Assembly (NCBI GenBank): GCA_964651435.1
Contig: CAZYVU010000007.1
Coordinates: 9,143 to 73,142 of the forward strand
Length of the DNA stretch: 64,000 bases
Direction of reading: 5' to 3'
DNA from: an uncultured Pseudomonadota bacterium
Lineage (GTDB): Bacteria > Desulfobacterota > Syntrophorhabdia > Syntrophorhabdales > CAYQXL01
Under the pieces are notes generated by a model, which was given only the letters and a program-made list of their open reading frames with translations, made no database searches and was not told where the DNA came from. Below, piece by piece: positions 46,204 to 55,840 of the stretch. The number at the start of each line of letters is the position of its first letter. Position 1 is the first letter of the stretch. Both the position numbers and the translations under genes were made by a program.

Positions 46204-47151
46204 ATGAGCCCTCAACATAACCTTATAAATAGTTGCATCAATCATTACTCCAGGATATTCGCCATGCCGGAAAGGATCGTTGAGCCATATTCATGGGTCG
46301 AACACATACCTTTCGTTTTCTATCTTGTCGGCCTAATACACCCTGCTAGAATAGTGGAGCTGGGCGTTCACACCGGCAATTCCTTCTGCGCCTTTTGCCA
46401 GGCCATTGAAATGAGCGGCGTTGAAGGTACCTGTTACGGAATCGACACCTGGGCAGGCGACGAACACTCTGGTCGCTACGGTGATACTGCTTATGATGAT
46501 TTACAGTCATATGTCCGTCGTAGATACGGCACCTTTGCCAATCTCATCAAAGCCGATTTTAATGATTCCACTCGTCTTTTTGACAATGGTACGATAGACA
46601 TTCTCCACATAGATGGATACCACACCTATGATGCTGTCAAGAACGACTACGAGAATTGGCGCGCTAAAATGGCCAAAGGGGGTATTATTCTTTTTCATGA
46701 CACCGAAGTAAAGGACCGGGATTTCGGCGTCTGGAGGTTTTGGGCAGAAATATCAACAAAGTATCCTTCTTTCAATTTCACTCACGGTTACGGGCTGGGT
46801 CTGCTTGCAATCGAAGCGGAAAAAGCGAGCAGGGTAATCCAGTTTGTCGATTGGGCCAACAGTAGCGGGTTCGTTACGGATCTTTTTGCGCGACTCGGTG
46901 CCGCTGTTCAAGCCATGGCGTTGAAAAAGGTGCTTGACGAGAGGGATAGGCGCATAGCGCTCTTGAACGACGAAGTCAGGCAATTATCGGCCAAGCTTCA
47001 AGAAATTTATGGGTCGCAACGATGGCGCCTCACACGGTCGATTAGTGGAGCAATAAACCGACTCTTACCGCAAAGGACGAGGCGAAGGTCGATACTTACG
47101 TCGTTAATTGAAGCCGTGTTGTCGCGAGGGGCGAATGATAACCGGCAATAA
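46204..47151 (+). CDS. class I SAM-dependent methyltransferase with a C-terminal coiled coil
   Basis: 315-aa ORF with blocks VELGVHTGNSF, LHIDGYHTYD and GGIILFHD (TylF/CmcI-like), then the heptad-like segment DERDRRIALLNDEVRQLSAKLQEI. Confidence 0.7.
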   Translation: MSPQHNLINSCINHYSRIFAMPERIVEPYSWVEHIPFVFYLVGLIHPARIVELGVHTGNSFCAFCQAIEMSGVEGTCYGIDTWAGDEHSGRYGDTAYDDLQSYVRRRYGTFANLIKADFNDSTRLFDNGTIDILHIDGYHTYDAVKNDYENWRAKMAKGGIILFHDTEVKDRDFGVWRFWAEISTKYPSFNFTHGYGLGLLAIEAEKASRVIQFVDWANSSGFVTDLFARLGAAVQAMALKKVLDERDRRIALLNDEVRQLSAKLQEIYGSQRWRLTRSISGAINRLLPQRTRRRSILTSLIEAVLSRGANDNRQ

Positions 47152-48484
47152 CTTGCGCCACGGTCAATCTGAAACCCCTTTTCAAAGAGCTATTAATGTT
47201 TTCTTGATGCCTCGCGGCAGCAGGCGACGAAGAATAGCATCGTACCTGGTTAACAGCATCAGGACTCGCTTAAGCACTCTGTTAAGACCTTACTATCTGG
47301 CCAAAGAGAAACGTGCCGTTAAGAAACTAAAGCAACTGAGGCCGGCGGTTGCACCACGAAGGCTTGGCAGCAATATCAAACGCGTGCTTGTACTCAACCC
47401 CTACTTTCCCACCCTTGGAGGTGGAGAGAAATCCATGGCGTTTCTCTGCAAATTTCTGGAGAATTACTACGAATCGGCAAGTATTGACGTGTTGGTCTTT
47501 GACTTCGACGATATCAGGACGGATGCCCCGAAATACCCAACGATCGATGATTTAGAGAGGCGTTTTTCTGTAGAGCTTGGCAAGACGACTCTCATCAAGA
47601 TGACGGGCAAGCACCACGATGTTGAACAAATCGGCCGTTCTTACGATCTGTTTATCAATCACATGTTTCTCAGCAAGCACCCAGGAGGGGCCAGGAAGAA
47701 CTTGTATGTGTGCATGTTTCCGCCACGCAAACGGCCCTATGTGGACCTGAGATTTATAACAAGCTACGACATATTTCTGGCAAACTCACAGTATACCGAC
47801 TCATGGATGCGCCAGTACTGGGGCGATCAAGTTGATTGTCGCGTGTTGTATCCGCCGGTCTTTTTTGAAAACGAATTGGCTGGCCGCTACCAAAGAGAAG
47901 AGAAAAAGAATATCATTCTCGCCGTGGGCCGGTTTCAGGTAGACAACCACAATAAGAAGCAGCACGTGATGATCGAGTTTTTTAGCAAGTACGGTCGACT
48001 CTTCTCTGATTGGGAGCTCCATCTTGTTGGGGGGGTTTCAGGACGAAAGGTCGACTTGGCTTACGTCGACACGCTCAGACGCCTTGTAAGGACGCCTAAC
48101 ATATTTCTCCATGTCAATGCCTCGAGCTCGGAGTTGTCAGCCCTTTACAAGCAGGCCAAGATTTTTTGGCATCTAACAGGTTACGGGGAGGACAGGGAAC
48201 GCTATCCGGAGAGGATGGAACATTTTGGGATAACAACCGTTGAGGCGATGAGTTATGGCACTGTGCCGGTGGTCATTAAGATGGGCGGACAGACAGAGAC
48301 GGTTGCCTCCGGGATCAACGGGTATCTTTTTGAAACGGAAGAGGAGCTGATTCGTCAAACCAATGCGTTGATTGGCAGCGACAATCAAAGGAAAGCTATG
48401 GCTCAAAGAGCCGTTGACGCCTCAAGATTTTACTCCGTTGAAAACTTTTACAATCGAGCTAGGGCCATATTCGATGACCTATGA
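47135..48484 (+). CDS. GT4-family glycosyltransferase
   Basis: EX7E motif EHFGITTVEAM and GT-B C-terminal domain blocks. The start is uncertain (TTG 47108, ATG 47135 or ATG 47207). Confidence 0.8.
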   Translation: MITGNNLRHGQSETPFQRAINVFLMPRGSRRRRIASYLVNSIRTRLSTLLRPYYLAKEKRAVKKLKQLRPAVAPRRLGSNIKRVLVLNPYFPTLGGGEKSMAFLCKFLENYYESASIDVLVFDFDDIRTDAPKYPTIDDLERRFSVELGKTTLIKMTGKHHDVEQIGRSYDLFINHMFLSKHPGGARKNLYVCMFPPRKRPYVDLRFITSYDIFLANSQYTDSWMRQYWGDQVDCRVLYPPVFFENELAGRYQREEKKNIILAVGRFQVDNHNKKQHVMIEFFSKYGRLFSDWELHLVGGVSGRKVDLAYVDTLRRLVRTPNIFLHVNASSSELSALYKQAKIFWHLTGYGEDRERYPERMEHFGITTVEAMSYGTVPVVIKMGGQTETVASGINGYLFETEEELIRQTNALIGSDNQRKAMAQRAVDASRFYSVENFYNRARAIFDDL

Positions 48485-49766
48485 CGTTTCCATAATTGCT
48501 GTCAACCATAATGGCAGCAAATATCTGCCGGATTTCTTCTCAGCGCTATCAGCTTTGGAATCCAATGACCTCGCATATGAGCTTGTTTTTGTAGACAATG
48601 CGTCTCGAGATGGTTCTCCAAATATGGTTCGGGAGTCGTACGGACAACATGTCAAAAACCTAAAACTCATCGAATCGAGCAAGAATCTTGGTTTTGCCGG
48701 AGGAAACAACCTCGGAGCAGAACATTCGACCGGCGAGTATTTGGCATTCCTAAACATAGACACGGCAGTCGATCCCGGATGGCTTCTTAATCTCTGGCAT
48801 TGCATAAGACATTCAGGCGCCGGCATTGTCAATTCAAAGCTTCTTTTTTTCAATGATTATCTCAGATTGACTATTCTTTGCGACGAAGCAATGAAGATAG
48901 CCAATCACGTGATCGTAAACGACAATCCAATCAGGATCGAAAGCAAGTTCTGGCGGGGTGGTATAGAGCGTCAGGGCGAAGACCTCGTCTGCTCACAAGG
49001 TTCCTCAGTCTATCTTCCAGTCACTCATGGTTTAACTGACTGCGTTATAGAGGTTTTTCCGGCAAGTGTGCCTTCTAAAAGCACCGGATCCCTACTCATC
49101 TGTGGCCGCGAATATGTTTGGGCGCCTAATAGCTTGAGCAGCGGGTGTGTTATCGAACTTACTATAGCTGAAGTCAGCACTCATGCGGTCCAGCTGATAC
49201 AGAATGCAGGATCGGGGGTTAATGGAAATTTGGACGGTTATGATGTCGGTTTTGGAGAGGAAGACTCCGGCCAGTACGAAGCCTGCCGAGAGATTAATAA
49301 CGCGTGCGGAGCAGCTATGATCATACGTAAAGACGATTTTGACCGGTGCGGCAGGTTCGACTCCAGCTTTTTTATGTACTACGAAGACACCGATCTTTCC
49401 TACCGAGTCAAAAACTTGGGGAAACGACTCCTCTACTGTCCGAAAGCTGTCGTTCGGCACGTTCATGCCGGCACTAGCATCGAATGGTCACCCCTTTTTG
49501 TTTACTTTGTCTTCAGGAACAAGATGCTGTTCATACTGAAGCACTATAGCTTGAAGCTTTTTTTGCGCTTCTTTATAAAACACGCTCGCTTTACAATTCA
49601 GCACCTGTTAAGTTCTGTTGAATTGGCCAAGAAATATGCCATGTTGAAAGCTCTCTTGTCTGTCTGTGCGCTAACGCCCATTTACGTAAGTCGGAATGTC
49701 AGAGCAGGAAGGAAACCCCTCGCAGACATCGACGATTTGTTCGACGATCCCGCCGCAGGGCCATGA
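48474..49766 (+). CDS. GT2-family glycosyltransferase
   Basis: The ATG at 48474 gives MTYDVSIIAVNHNGSKYL...VFVDNASRDGS and the DxD-region block (YEDTDLSYR). The ORF-track start at 48372 overlaps the previous gene by 113 nt. Confidence 0.8.
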   Translation: MTYDVSIIAVNHNGSKYLPDFFSALSALESNDLAYELVFVDNASRDGSPNMVRESYGQHVKNLKLIESSKNLGFAGGNNLGAEHSTGEYLAFLNIDTAVDPGWLLNLWHCIRHSGAGIVNSKLLFFNDYLRLTILCDEAMKIANHVIVNDNPIRIESKFWRGGIERQGEDLVCSQGSSVYLPVTHGLTDCVIEVFPASVPSKSTGSLLICGREYVWAPNSLSSGCVIELTIAEVSTHAVQLIQNAGSGVNGNLDGYDVGFGEEDSGQYEACREINNACGAAMIIRKDDFDRCGRFDSSFFMYYEDTDLSYRVKNLGKRLLYCPKAVVRHVHAGTSIEWSPLFVYFVFRNKMLFILKHYSLKLFLRFFIKHARFTIQHLLSSVELAKKYAMLKALLSVCALTPIYVSRNVRAGRKPLADIDDLFDDPAAGP

Positions 49767-49845
49767 CTCTCAAGCTCCAACCTTTATCTATGGCACCACG
49801 ACATTCTCGACTCTTCAAGAACGATGGCAATTCGATGGGGCAGAT

Positions 49846-50847
49846 ATGGTTAGCCTTGTAATAGTGAATTACCTGAGACCGCAAATTCTTTTCTCGTGCC
49901 TGCGAAGCCTTGACGCTCAAACACATTCGCGATTTGAACTTATAATCGTCGATAATGGATCCGAGAACGGGGCGGCAGAAGAGATTCGTAATTTTATCGG
50001 CAATGTATCAAAGGTCGAATCAGTTAGGTTCACGTCTCTATCCGACAACAAAGGATTCGCCGGCGGATGCCAGGCGGGCTTAGCCCTTAGCAGCGGTAAT
50101 TACGTAGCCCTGCTGAACAACGACACCGAACCAGACCCCTCTTGGCTTGAGCGGCTTATTGCAACAATGGATGCTAACGCCAATGTGGGAATATGCGCTT
50201 CACGACTCATGGTCTACGGTTCTGACGCAATAGACAGCGCGGGTGATGGTTTTTCAACGGCACTCAAAGGTTTCAAAATTGCCGAGGGACAGAAGACTGA
50301 CAACGGAAATACGGAAGATCGCTTCGTCTTCGGCGCTTGCGCCGGGGCGGCTCTGTACCGCCGGGAGATGCTGGACGAGATCGGCTTCCTCGACGAGGAT
50401 TTCTTCCTTATTCACGAAGATACGGACCTCAACTTTAGGGCCCAACTGGCCGGCTGGAAGGTCCTGTATGTGCCCACAGCGGTTGTGCACCACAAGGTCC
50501 GTTCCTCCATAGGCGCTATGTCTCCCACGGCTGTCTACTATAGCCTCCGTAACAGCGAACTGGTACGAATGAAGAATGTGCCGGTGGGAATTCTCCTTCG
50601 GTGCCTTCCGGAATTGGTAGTCGGGGCCATCGTCGAGTTCTTTTACTTTGCCGTTCGTCACGGCTTCTTCCGCCTCTACTTTAAGGCCAAGCTCGACGCC
50701 CTGAAGATGCTTCCGAAGATGCTCCGCAAGCGGAAGAAGATTATGGCCCTCAAGCGGGTCTCCAATGCCTACCTCCTCAGCGTTATAACGCCCGTCTGGG
50801 AGCGCGGTTTCTTTCGGTCGAAATTCAGGAAGCTGCTCCGTGGTTAG
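49846..50847 (+). CDS. GT2-family glycosyltransferase
   Basis: MVSLVIVNYLR...LIIVDNGSENG and HEDTDLNFR. The ORF track starts at 49696, and the start is uncertain. Confidence 0.8.
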   Translation: MVSLVIVNYLRPQILFSCLRSLDAQTHSRFELIIVDNGSENGAAEEIRNFIGNVSKVESVRFTSLSDNKGFAGGCQAGLALSSGNYVALLNNDTEPDPSWLERLIATMDANANVGICASRLMVYGSDAIDSAGDGFSTALKGFKIAEGQKTDNGNTEDRFVFGACAGAALYRREMLDEIGFLDEDFFLIHEDTDLNFRAQLAGWKVLYVPTAVVHHKVRSSIGAMSPTAVYYSLRNSELVRMKNVPVGILLRCLPELVVGAIVEFFYFAVRHGFFRLYFKAKLDALKMLPKMLRKRKKIMALKRVSNAYLLSVITPVWERGFFRSKFRKLLRG

Positions 50848-51712
50848 CGTCATCATACCCACTCTCAATGCGGGGCCTTCCTTTTCTGAGCTTCTCGACT
50901 GCCTACAAAGACAGACCGTTCGCTGCGAGATCATTGTCGTTGACTCCTCCTCCTCCGACGGAACTCCGGATGTGGCAAGGAGCAACGGGTGCAGGGTGGA
51001 GAGCATCCTCAGGCAGCAGTTTCACCATGCCCGGACAAGAAACCTTGGCGCGCGGCTTGCCAAAGGTGATATCCTTGTTTTTATGACGCAGGACTGTATG
51101 CCCGTCCATGACGACTGCGTGGCAAAACTGATAGCCCCCCTGGTCCGGAGTGAAATAGCGGCATCATACGGAAGGCAGCTCCCAAGGAGCGGGGCAAAGC
51201 CTACCGAACGCTTCGCCAGGGCCTTTAACTATCCCCCCGAAAGCGCCGTGAAGGGTAGGGCCGAAGCCATTAGACTCGGCATCAAGGCCTTCTTTTTCAG
51301 CAATGTCTGTTCCTCCGTGAGGAGAGAGGCATTCGGGCAGGTCGGGGGGTTCCCGGAAGACCTCACCATGTTTGAGGACATGCGGCTCGCCAAAAGGCTT
51401 GTTGATGCCGGCTATAAGATCGCCTATGTTCCCGAGGCTAAGGTTATCCATTCCCATGACCTTGGTCTACGGGATCAACTTGCTCGCTATTACCAGGCAG
51501 GCTTTTCATTGTCCGCAGTCCCGGGGCTTCTCGCCGCAAGCAGGGCCAATGACGAAGCCCGGAGATTTATAAAGGAAGAGCTTTTGTTCCTTGCCCGCAA
51601 TGGTTACGTCAGGTGGATTCCGTACGCCCTTGCCGAAGCAGCCTGCAAGTTTACGGGTTTTCGATTGGGGGCACTGACGTTCACTGCAAGAAGGTTCAGA
51701 CAGCATGATTGA
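50840..51712 (+). CDS. GT2-family glycosyltransferase
   Basis: MVSVIIPTLNAG...IIVVDSSSSDGT and FEDMRLAKR. 8-nt overlaps with both neighbours. Confidence 0.8.
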   Translation: MVSVIIPTLNAGPSFSELLDCLQRQTVRCEIIVVDSSSSDGTPDVARSNGCRVESILRQQFHHARTRNLGARLAKGDILVFMTQDCMPVHDDCVAKLIAPLVRSEIAASYGRQLPRSGAKPTERFARAFNYPPESAVKGRAEAIRLGIKAFFFSNVCSSVRREAFGQVGGFPEDLTMFEDMRLAKRLVDAGYKIAYVPEAKVIHSHDLGLRDQLARYYQAGFSLSAVPGLLAASRANDEARRFIKEELLFLARNGYVRWIPYALAEAACKFTGFRLGALTFTARRFRQHD

Positions 51713-53069
51713 GGCAGACAGCAAGATCAACCGGACCATCGTCCCTACGCTTCTTATCGTAGATGCTGCAGCCATAATGCTGTGTCTCATTGCGGCATTT
51801 TATTCAAGAGTTTGGCTCGGCTCCGTTCTCGCCCTCGTGCCCCTCGGCCACGATCTCGACACCTACCTCTCAAAATGGTGGATCTGGGTGGTCATCATAC
51901 TCGCAGTCGCTTACAAGGGCGGCTACGGAAGCCTTGTAAGCTTCTGGGACGAGGCCGTCACCTTTACAAAAGGCCTGGCCTTTTCCTTCCTGGTAGTGTG
52001 GCTTGTTCTCTCACTGCAAAAGGAGTCTGAAACGGTATCCCGCATCGTGGTGACGCTCTCTTTTATTTTCATGGTTCTCGTGATGCCTGCAGAAAGGCTT
52101 ATGCTCAAGTTCCTCCTCTTCCGGTGCTTGGGATTGCGGAACAGGGCATACCTGTACGAAAGGAGAAAGGGGCCGAGGAAGGATGACCTAAGGGACACCC
52201 TCAACCGGGAATGGTACTCGGGCTACTACATCGTCGGCAACATCGACATGGACTCCCTCGCCGTGCCGGCAGAAGCCTGCTTCATCCCCATTGAATGCGC
52301 CGACGAGGCGACAATACGGGCCCTGAAACCGAAGGTTCGGACCCTGATCATCGTCTCCGCCCTTTCCGGGCTTGCTTTCATGAACACAGACATCAAGACC
52401 TTTCTGGGCAAAAATATCACTCTCATCACCACAAGCAACGGCCTCCTCTCCCTGCAGAACGTGCTCCTAAAGAGAGCCTTCGACATCGCTTCGGCCGGTG
52501 TTCTGCTCCTCCTCTTGAGCCCCCTTCTCGTTGCGCTTCCCGTCCTGATCCGGATACATTCGTGTGGCCCGGCAATCTTCAGGCACAAGAGATGCGGCTA
52601 CCGGCTTGAAGAGTTCGATATGCTGAAGTATCGCACTATGCGTATAGACGGGGACCAGGTATTGAGCACCTATCTCAAGGAGCATCCGGAAGCCTTAAAG
52701 TCGCTGCAAGAGAGAAACAAGATCAAGGGCGATCCTCGCGTGACCGGGCTCGGCAGGCTTCTCAGGCGCCTTTCCCTCGATGAGCTGCCGCAGCTTTACA
52801 ACGTGCTGGTCGGCGATATGTCACTCGTTGGACCGAGACCGGACAGCAAGGATGCCTTAAAAGACTATATCGATGACTACAGCCAGATCTACGCCTCACT
52901 CAGGCCCGGGGTCACGGGACTCTGGCAGGTAAGCGGCAGAAGCGAGATCGGCTACCGCGAACGGGTACAGCTGGACCACCTGTATATGCTCAACTGGTCC
53001 CTATGGCTGGACTTGGTCATCATGCTCAAGACATTTCGGGCTATACTGGGGCAGAAAGGGGCCTACTAA
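51705..53069 (+). CDS. polyprenyl-phosphate sugar-1-phosphate transferase (WbaP/exopolysaccharide priming type)
   Basis: 454-aa ORF with N-terminal TM helices and a C-terminal catalytic domain (KRAFDI, FRHKRCG, MLKYRTM, DELPQLYNVLVGDMSLVGPRP). Confidence 0.85.
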   Translation: MIEADSKINRTIVPTLLIVDAAAIMLCLIAAFYSRVWLGSVLALVPLGHDLDTYLSKWWIWVVIILAVAYKGGYGSLVSFWDEAVTFTKGLAFSFLVVWLVLSLQKESETVSRIVVTLSFIFMVLVMPAERLMLKFLLFRCLGLRNRAYLYERRKGPRKDDLRDTLNREWYSGYYIVGNIDMDSLAVPAEACFIPIECADEATIRALKPKVRTLIIVSALSGLAFMNTDIKTFLGKNITLITTSNGLLSLQNVLLKRAFDIASAGVLLLLLSPLLVALPVLIRIHSCGPAIFRHKRCGYRLEEFDMLKYRTMRIDGDQVLSTYLKEHPEALKSLQERNKIKGDPRVTGLGRLLRRLSLDELPQLYNVLVGDMSLVGPRPDSKDALKDYIDDYSQIYASLRPGVTGLWQVSGRSEIGYRERVQLDHLYMLNWSLWLDLVIMLKTFRAILGQKGAY

Positions 53070-53123
53070 CATATAGTTTTCGTGATATATATCATTGACA
53101 GAATGCTCGTACTCTGTTAATTA
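53068..53123 (+). promoter_or_regulatory. pilM upstream element: operator-like palindrome plus a candidate promoter
   Basis: TCGTGATATATATCA (53080-53094) contains the perfect 12-bp palindrome TGATATATATCA and abuts TTGACA (53095-53100). The -10 is weak (GTTAAT/TAATTA at 16-17 nt). About 26/34 nt are identical to the pilA upstream element. Confidence 0.45.
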
Positions 53124-53174
53124 ACAAGGTATTCTCAAGAATACCCTGCTGCTGAAGGGGAGGGGCTTTAGATT

Positions 53175-54227
53175 GTGGGCCTGATACAAAGATTAGGTTT
53201 TAGTCGAACGACAGAATTGATAGGCATCGACATCGGCACCTCCTCCATTAAGGCGTGCCTCCTTAAGCCAGGACGGGATGGCATCAGGATGGCCGCCGTC
53301 GGCCGACGGACTTACAGCCAGGAGATTCTGAATGAAGGATATATCCTGGATGGGGCCTTCGTTGCGCAGGAGATAAGGGAGATTCTCACCGACAAGGGTA
53401 TTAAGGCCAAGGCGGCTGCCTCTGCCCTATCGAGCTACGCCGTCATTGCCAAGGAAGTTACCTTGCCCTTCCTGGAGCCCGGGGAGCTCGACCAGAATAT
53501 CAGCTATGAGGTGGAGAACGCCATCCCCTTTCCCCTAAAGGACGTCTACTACAGCTACTGCGTTCTCGGCGCCGAAGAAGGGCGGGAAGATCGGCTCAGC
53601 GTGCAGATCGCCGCAGCCAAAAAGGAGATTGTCGACGGGTTTGTGGATACCTTTCGGGCAGCAGGACTGACCCTTCAGATCCTTGACGTAGACATCTTTG
53701 GCATTACCAATCTTGTGGAGCAGATCTATGAGCCGAAAGACTCCTCGGCTCTGGTCGTCGACATCGGTGCGGCAACGACCAACATGGCAATCATCCGTGG
53801 CGAAAGCGTTCAGTTCACGCGGGAGATTCTTTTGGGCGGGCGAAGGCTCACGACGCTGATTGAAAGGTCGCTCCGTGTCCCATTCGAGGAAGCCGAACAG
53901 AGAAAGATCGCCGGCGATGCCGCGGCCGCCCACCTCTTCGATGACTTCATCTACAACGTGTCCTCGGAAATCAACAAGACGATAAACTTCTACGTTTCCA
54001 TAAAACCGAAGGAGGCCATCTCGGCCATTTATCTGACGGGAGGCGCTTCCTTGCTGAAGGGCTTAAAGGAACAGATCGAAAAAGACACGAAGATCACCGT
54101 CGAGTACCTTGACCCCCTGAAGCTTCTTGCTGCCGACTCTGAGGCCGGATCAACCTATGGCGAGTACAGAAACTTCCTTTCCGTGGCACTCTACCTGTCG
54201 AGCCGCGTTAGTGACATAGCCTCATGA
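53175..54227 (+). CDS. pilM: type IV pilus assembly protein PilM
   Basis: 350-aa actin-like ATPase-fold ORF (IGIDIGTSSIKA), with a GTG start after GGGGAGGGG, followed by pilNOPQ. Confidence 0.9.
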   Translation: MGLIQRLGFSRTTELIGIDIGTSSIKACLLKPGRDGIRMAAVGRRTYSQEILNEGYILDGAFVAQEIREILTDKGIKAKAAASALSSYAVIAKEVTLPFLEPGELDQNISYEVENAIPFPLKDVYYSYCVLGAEEGREDRLSVQIAAAKKEIVDGFVDTFRAAGLTLQILDVDIFGITNLVEQIYEPKDSSALVVDIGAATTNMAIIRGESVQFTREILLGGRRLTTLIERSLRVPFEEAEQRKIAGDAAAAHLFDDFIYNVSSEINKTINFYVSIKPKEAISAIYLTGGASLLKGLKEQIEKDTKITVEYLDPLKLLAADSEAGSTYGEYRNFLSVALYLSSRVSDIAS

Positions 54228-54760
54228 TCAAAGTCAACCTTCTCCCAGCCACGTCTGCAAAGAGGCATTTCAAGGGCTGGGGATGGATTCTGTTTTGCGT
54301 GGTCATTGCGGCTAATCTATCCGTTCTTGGATTCCTTTATTTCACCAACAGCAAGGAGATCTTAAGCAAGGAGCGGGCAATAGCGTCGACAAAGAAGGAG
54401 ATAGAGAAGCTCCAAAAGACGCGAAAGGAACACCAGCTTCTCACCGCAGACAGAAAGGAGCTTGAAAGAAGGCTCGAAACGATCAAGAAGCTAAAAGAGG
54501 GTAGGGCGCTGTCGGCCAGAATGATCTTCGATCTATCGGTGCTTACGAAAGACAATGTGTGGATTAAATCCTTCCGGCGAAACGAAGCGCAGTTTGAGCT
54601 GGAAGGCCGCTCTGCAGAGAACGATTCCATCTCCGATTTTGTCGAGGCTATGTCAAAAATCCCTTACGTCAAAACGGTCGAGTTGCGTCGCATAGAGGAT
54701 GTAGCAGAGGAGGGCGTGACGGTAAAGAAATTCTCCCTACAGGGCACGGTGGGGCTATGA
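54224..54760 (+). CDS. pilN: type IV pilus assembly protein PilN
   Basis: 178-aa ORF starting MIKVNLLP, with a single TM helix and a coiled coil. 4-nt overlaps with both neighbours. Confidence 0.85.
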   Translation: MIKVNLLPATSAKRHFKGWGWILFCVVIAANLSVLGFLYFTNSKEILSKERAIASTKKEIEKLQKTRKEHQLLTADRKELERRLETIKKLKEGRALSARMIFDLSVLTKDNVWIKSFRRNEAQFELEGRSAENDSISDFVEAMSKIPYVKTVELRRIEDVAEEGVTVKKFSLQGTVGL

Positions 54761-55356
54761 CGTTAGGTGTCGACACCGGGCCCATTAAGGATTTTCTGGA
54801 ACGATTCCGGCTGATCATTATGATTGGCGTCAATGTGGCAATCTTCGCCATCGTTTTTCTTATGGTCATTATGCCCCAGTACGAGACCAAAAGGAAGCTG
54901 GAGCTTCAATACAAAGAGGTCGCCAAAGACCATGAGATGCTCGTGGGCCTCCACAAGGGAATGGCACAGTTCAAGAAAGAGTATGCCGCCATTAAGGAGT
55001 CCTTCGAAAAGGCCCTTGCAGAGCTGCCGGACAGGAAAGATATCCCTGACATTGTTCGAACCATGGCACAGCTTGGAGGGGAAACGCGGGTAAAGGTCCG
55101 ATTCTTTGAACCGAAAGCAGTAACCAACAGAGATTTCTACGGCGAACTTCCCATAGAAATGCGCTACGTTGGTTCGTACCAGAATTTGGGATTTTTTTTC
55201 GACGAGCTGCGAAGAATGCAGCGAATCGTCCAGGTCCCCGTCTTCTCCCTGGAGGCAAAGGGGCCACCAGGGCAGATTTTTCTGGAAGGATCCTGCATGG
55301 CCAGGACATATCTCTTTATTCGTCCCCCAAAAGACCCGAAAGGGGGAAAAGGGTAG
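54757..55356 (+). CDS. pilO: type IV pilus assembly protein PilO
   Basis: 199-aa bitopic ORF with a coiled coil and ferredoxin-like C-terminus, in the PilO position. Confidence 0.8.
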   Translation: MTLGVDTGPIKDFLERFRLIIMIGVNVAIFAIVFLMVIMPQYETKRKLELQYKEVAKDHEMLVGLHKGMAQFKKEYAAIKESFEKALAELPDRKDIPDIVRTMAQLGGETRVKVRFFEPKAVTNRDFYGELPIEMRYVGSYQNLGFFFDELRRMQRIVQVPVFSLEAKGPPGQIFLEGSCMARTYLFIRPPKDPKGGKG

Positions 55357-55363
55357 CGTGGCT

Positions 55364-55840
55364 ATGGGCGGCAGGCGGCACATATTGACAGCATTAACTT
55401 TGCTTGCGGCTATGCTGCCGTTCATGGGCGGCGTGGTCCTTGCTCAAGCGCCCAAGAATGCGCCAGCCCCATCTGCCGAGCAAAAATACGAGTTGGGTGA
55501 ATTTTCGTTCTCCTCGAAACATTTACGCGATCCCTTCGAGCCCGTTTTTCTCCTCAAGGCCCGCAAATTGAGGGTCGGATACCAGGTTCCCACAGATAAG
55601 GCGAAAGGCCTACGGGAGGGATACGAGCTCGAAGAGCTGCGACTTGTTGGAATCATTCAGAAAGAGAATGCACGCTACGCCATGATGGAGGACCTTCAGG
55701 GAAAGGGCATGCTCTTCAAGAAGGGAGACATGATCAACCCACGGTTATGGATTGTGGATGTCGTCGAAAATAAGGTCGTAATGGGCTACCGGACGAAGAA
55801 GGCAACGAAGACGTTCGAAGTGGAGATTCAAAAGAAATGA
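55364..55840 (+). CDS. pilP: type IV pilus assembly protein PilP
   Basis: The ORF-track start (55169) lies inside pilO. The ATG at 55364 (or GTG at 55358) gives a signal sequence MGGRRHILTALTLLAAML and a ~158-aa protein with a PilP-like beta domain (LRLVGIIQKENARYAMMED). Confidence 0.7.
   Translation: MGGRRHILTALTLLAAMLPFMGGVVLAQAPKNAPAPSAEQKYELGEFSFSSKHLRDPFEPVFLLKARKLRVGYQVPTDKAKGLREGYELEELRLVGIIQKENARYAMMEDLQGKGMLFKKGDMINPRLWIVDVVENKVVMGYRTKKATKTFEVEIQKK

Noticed and set aside
53080-53099. Resemblance of the TGATATATATCA palindrome to Fur/Zur/PerR-type AT-rich boxes.
   Set aside because: It shares only the generic TGATA...TATCA arms. The spacing (6-6) differs from the 7-1-7 Fur-family boxes as I remember them, and no metal-related genes are adjacent. 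It is kept as an unassigned operator.
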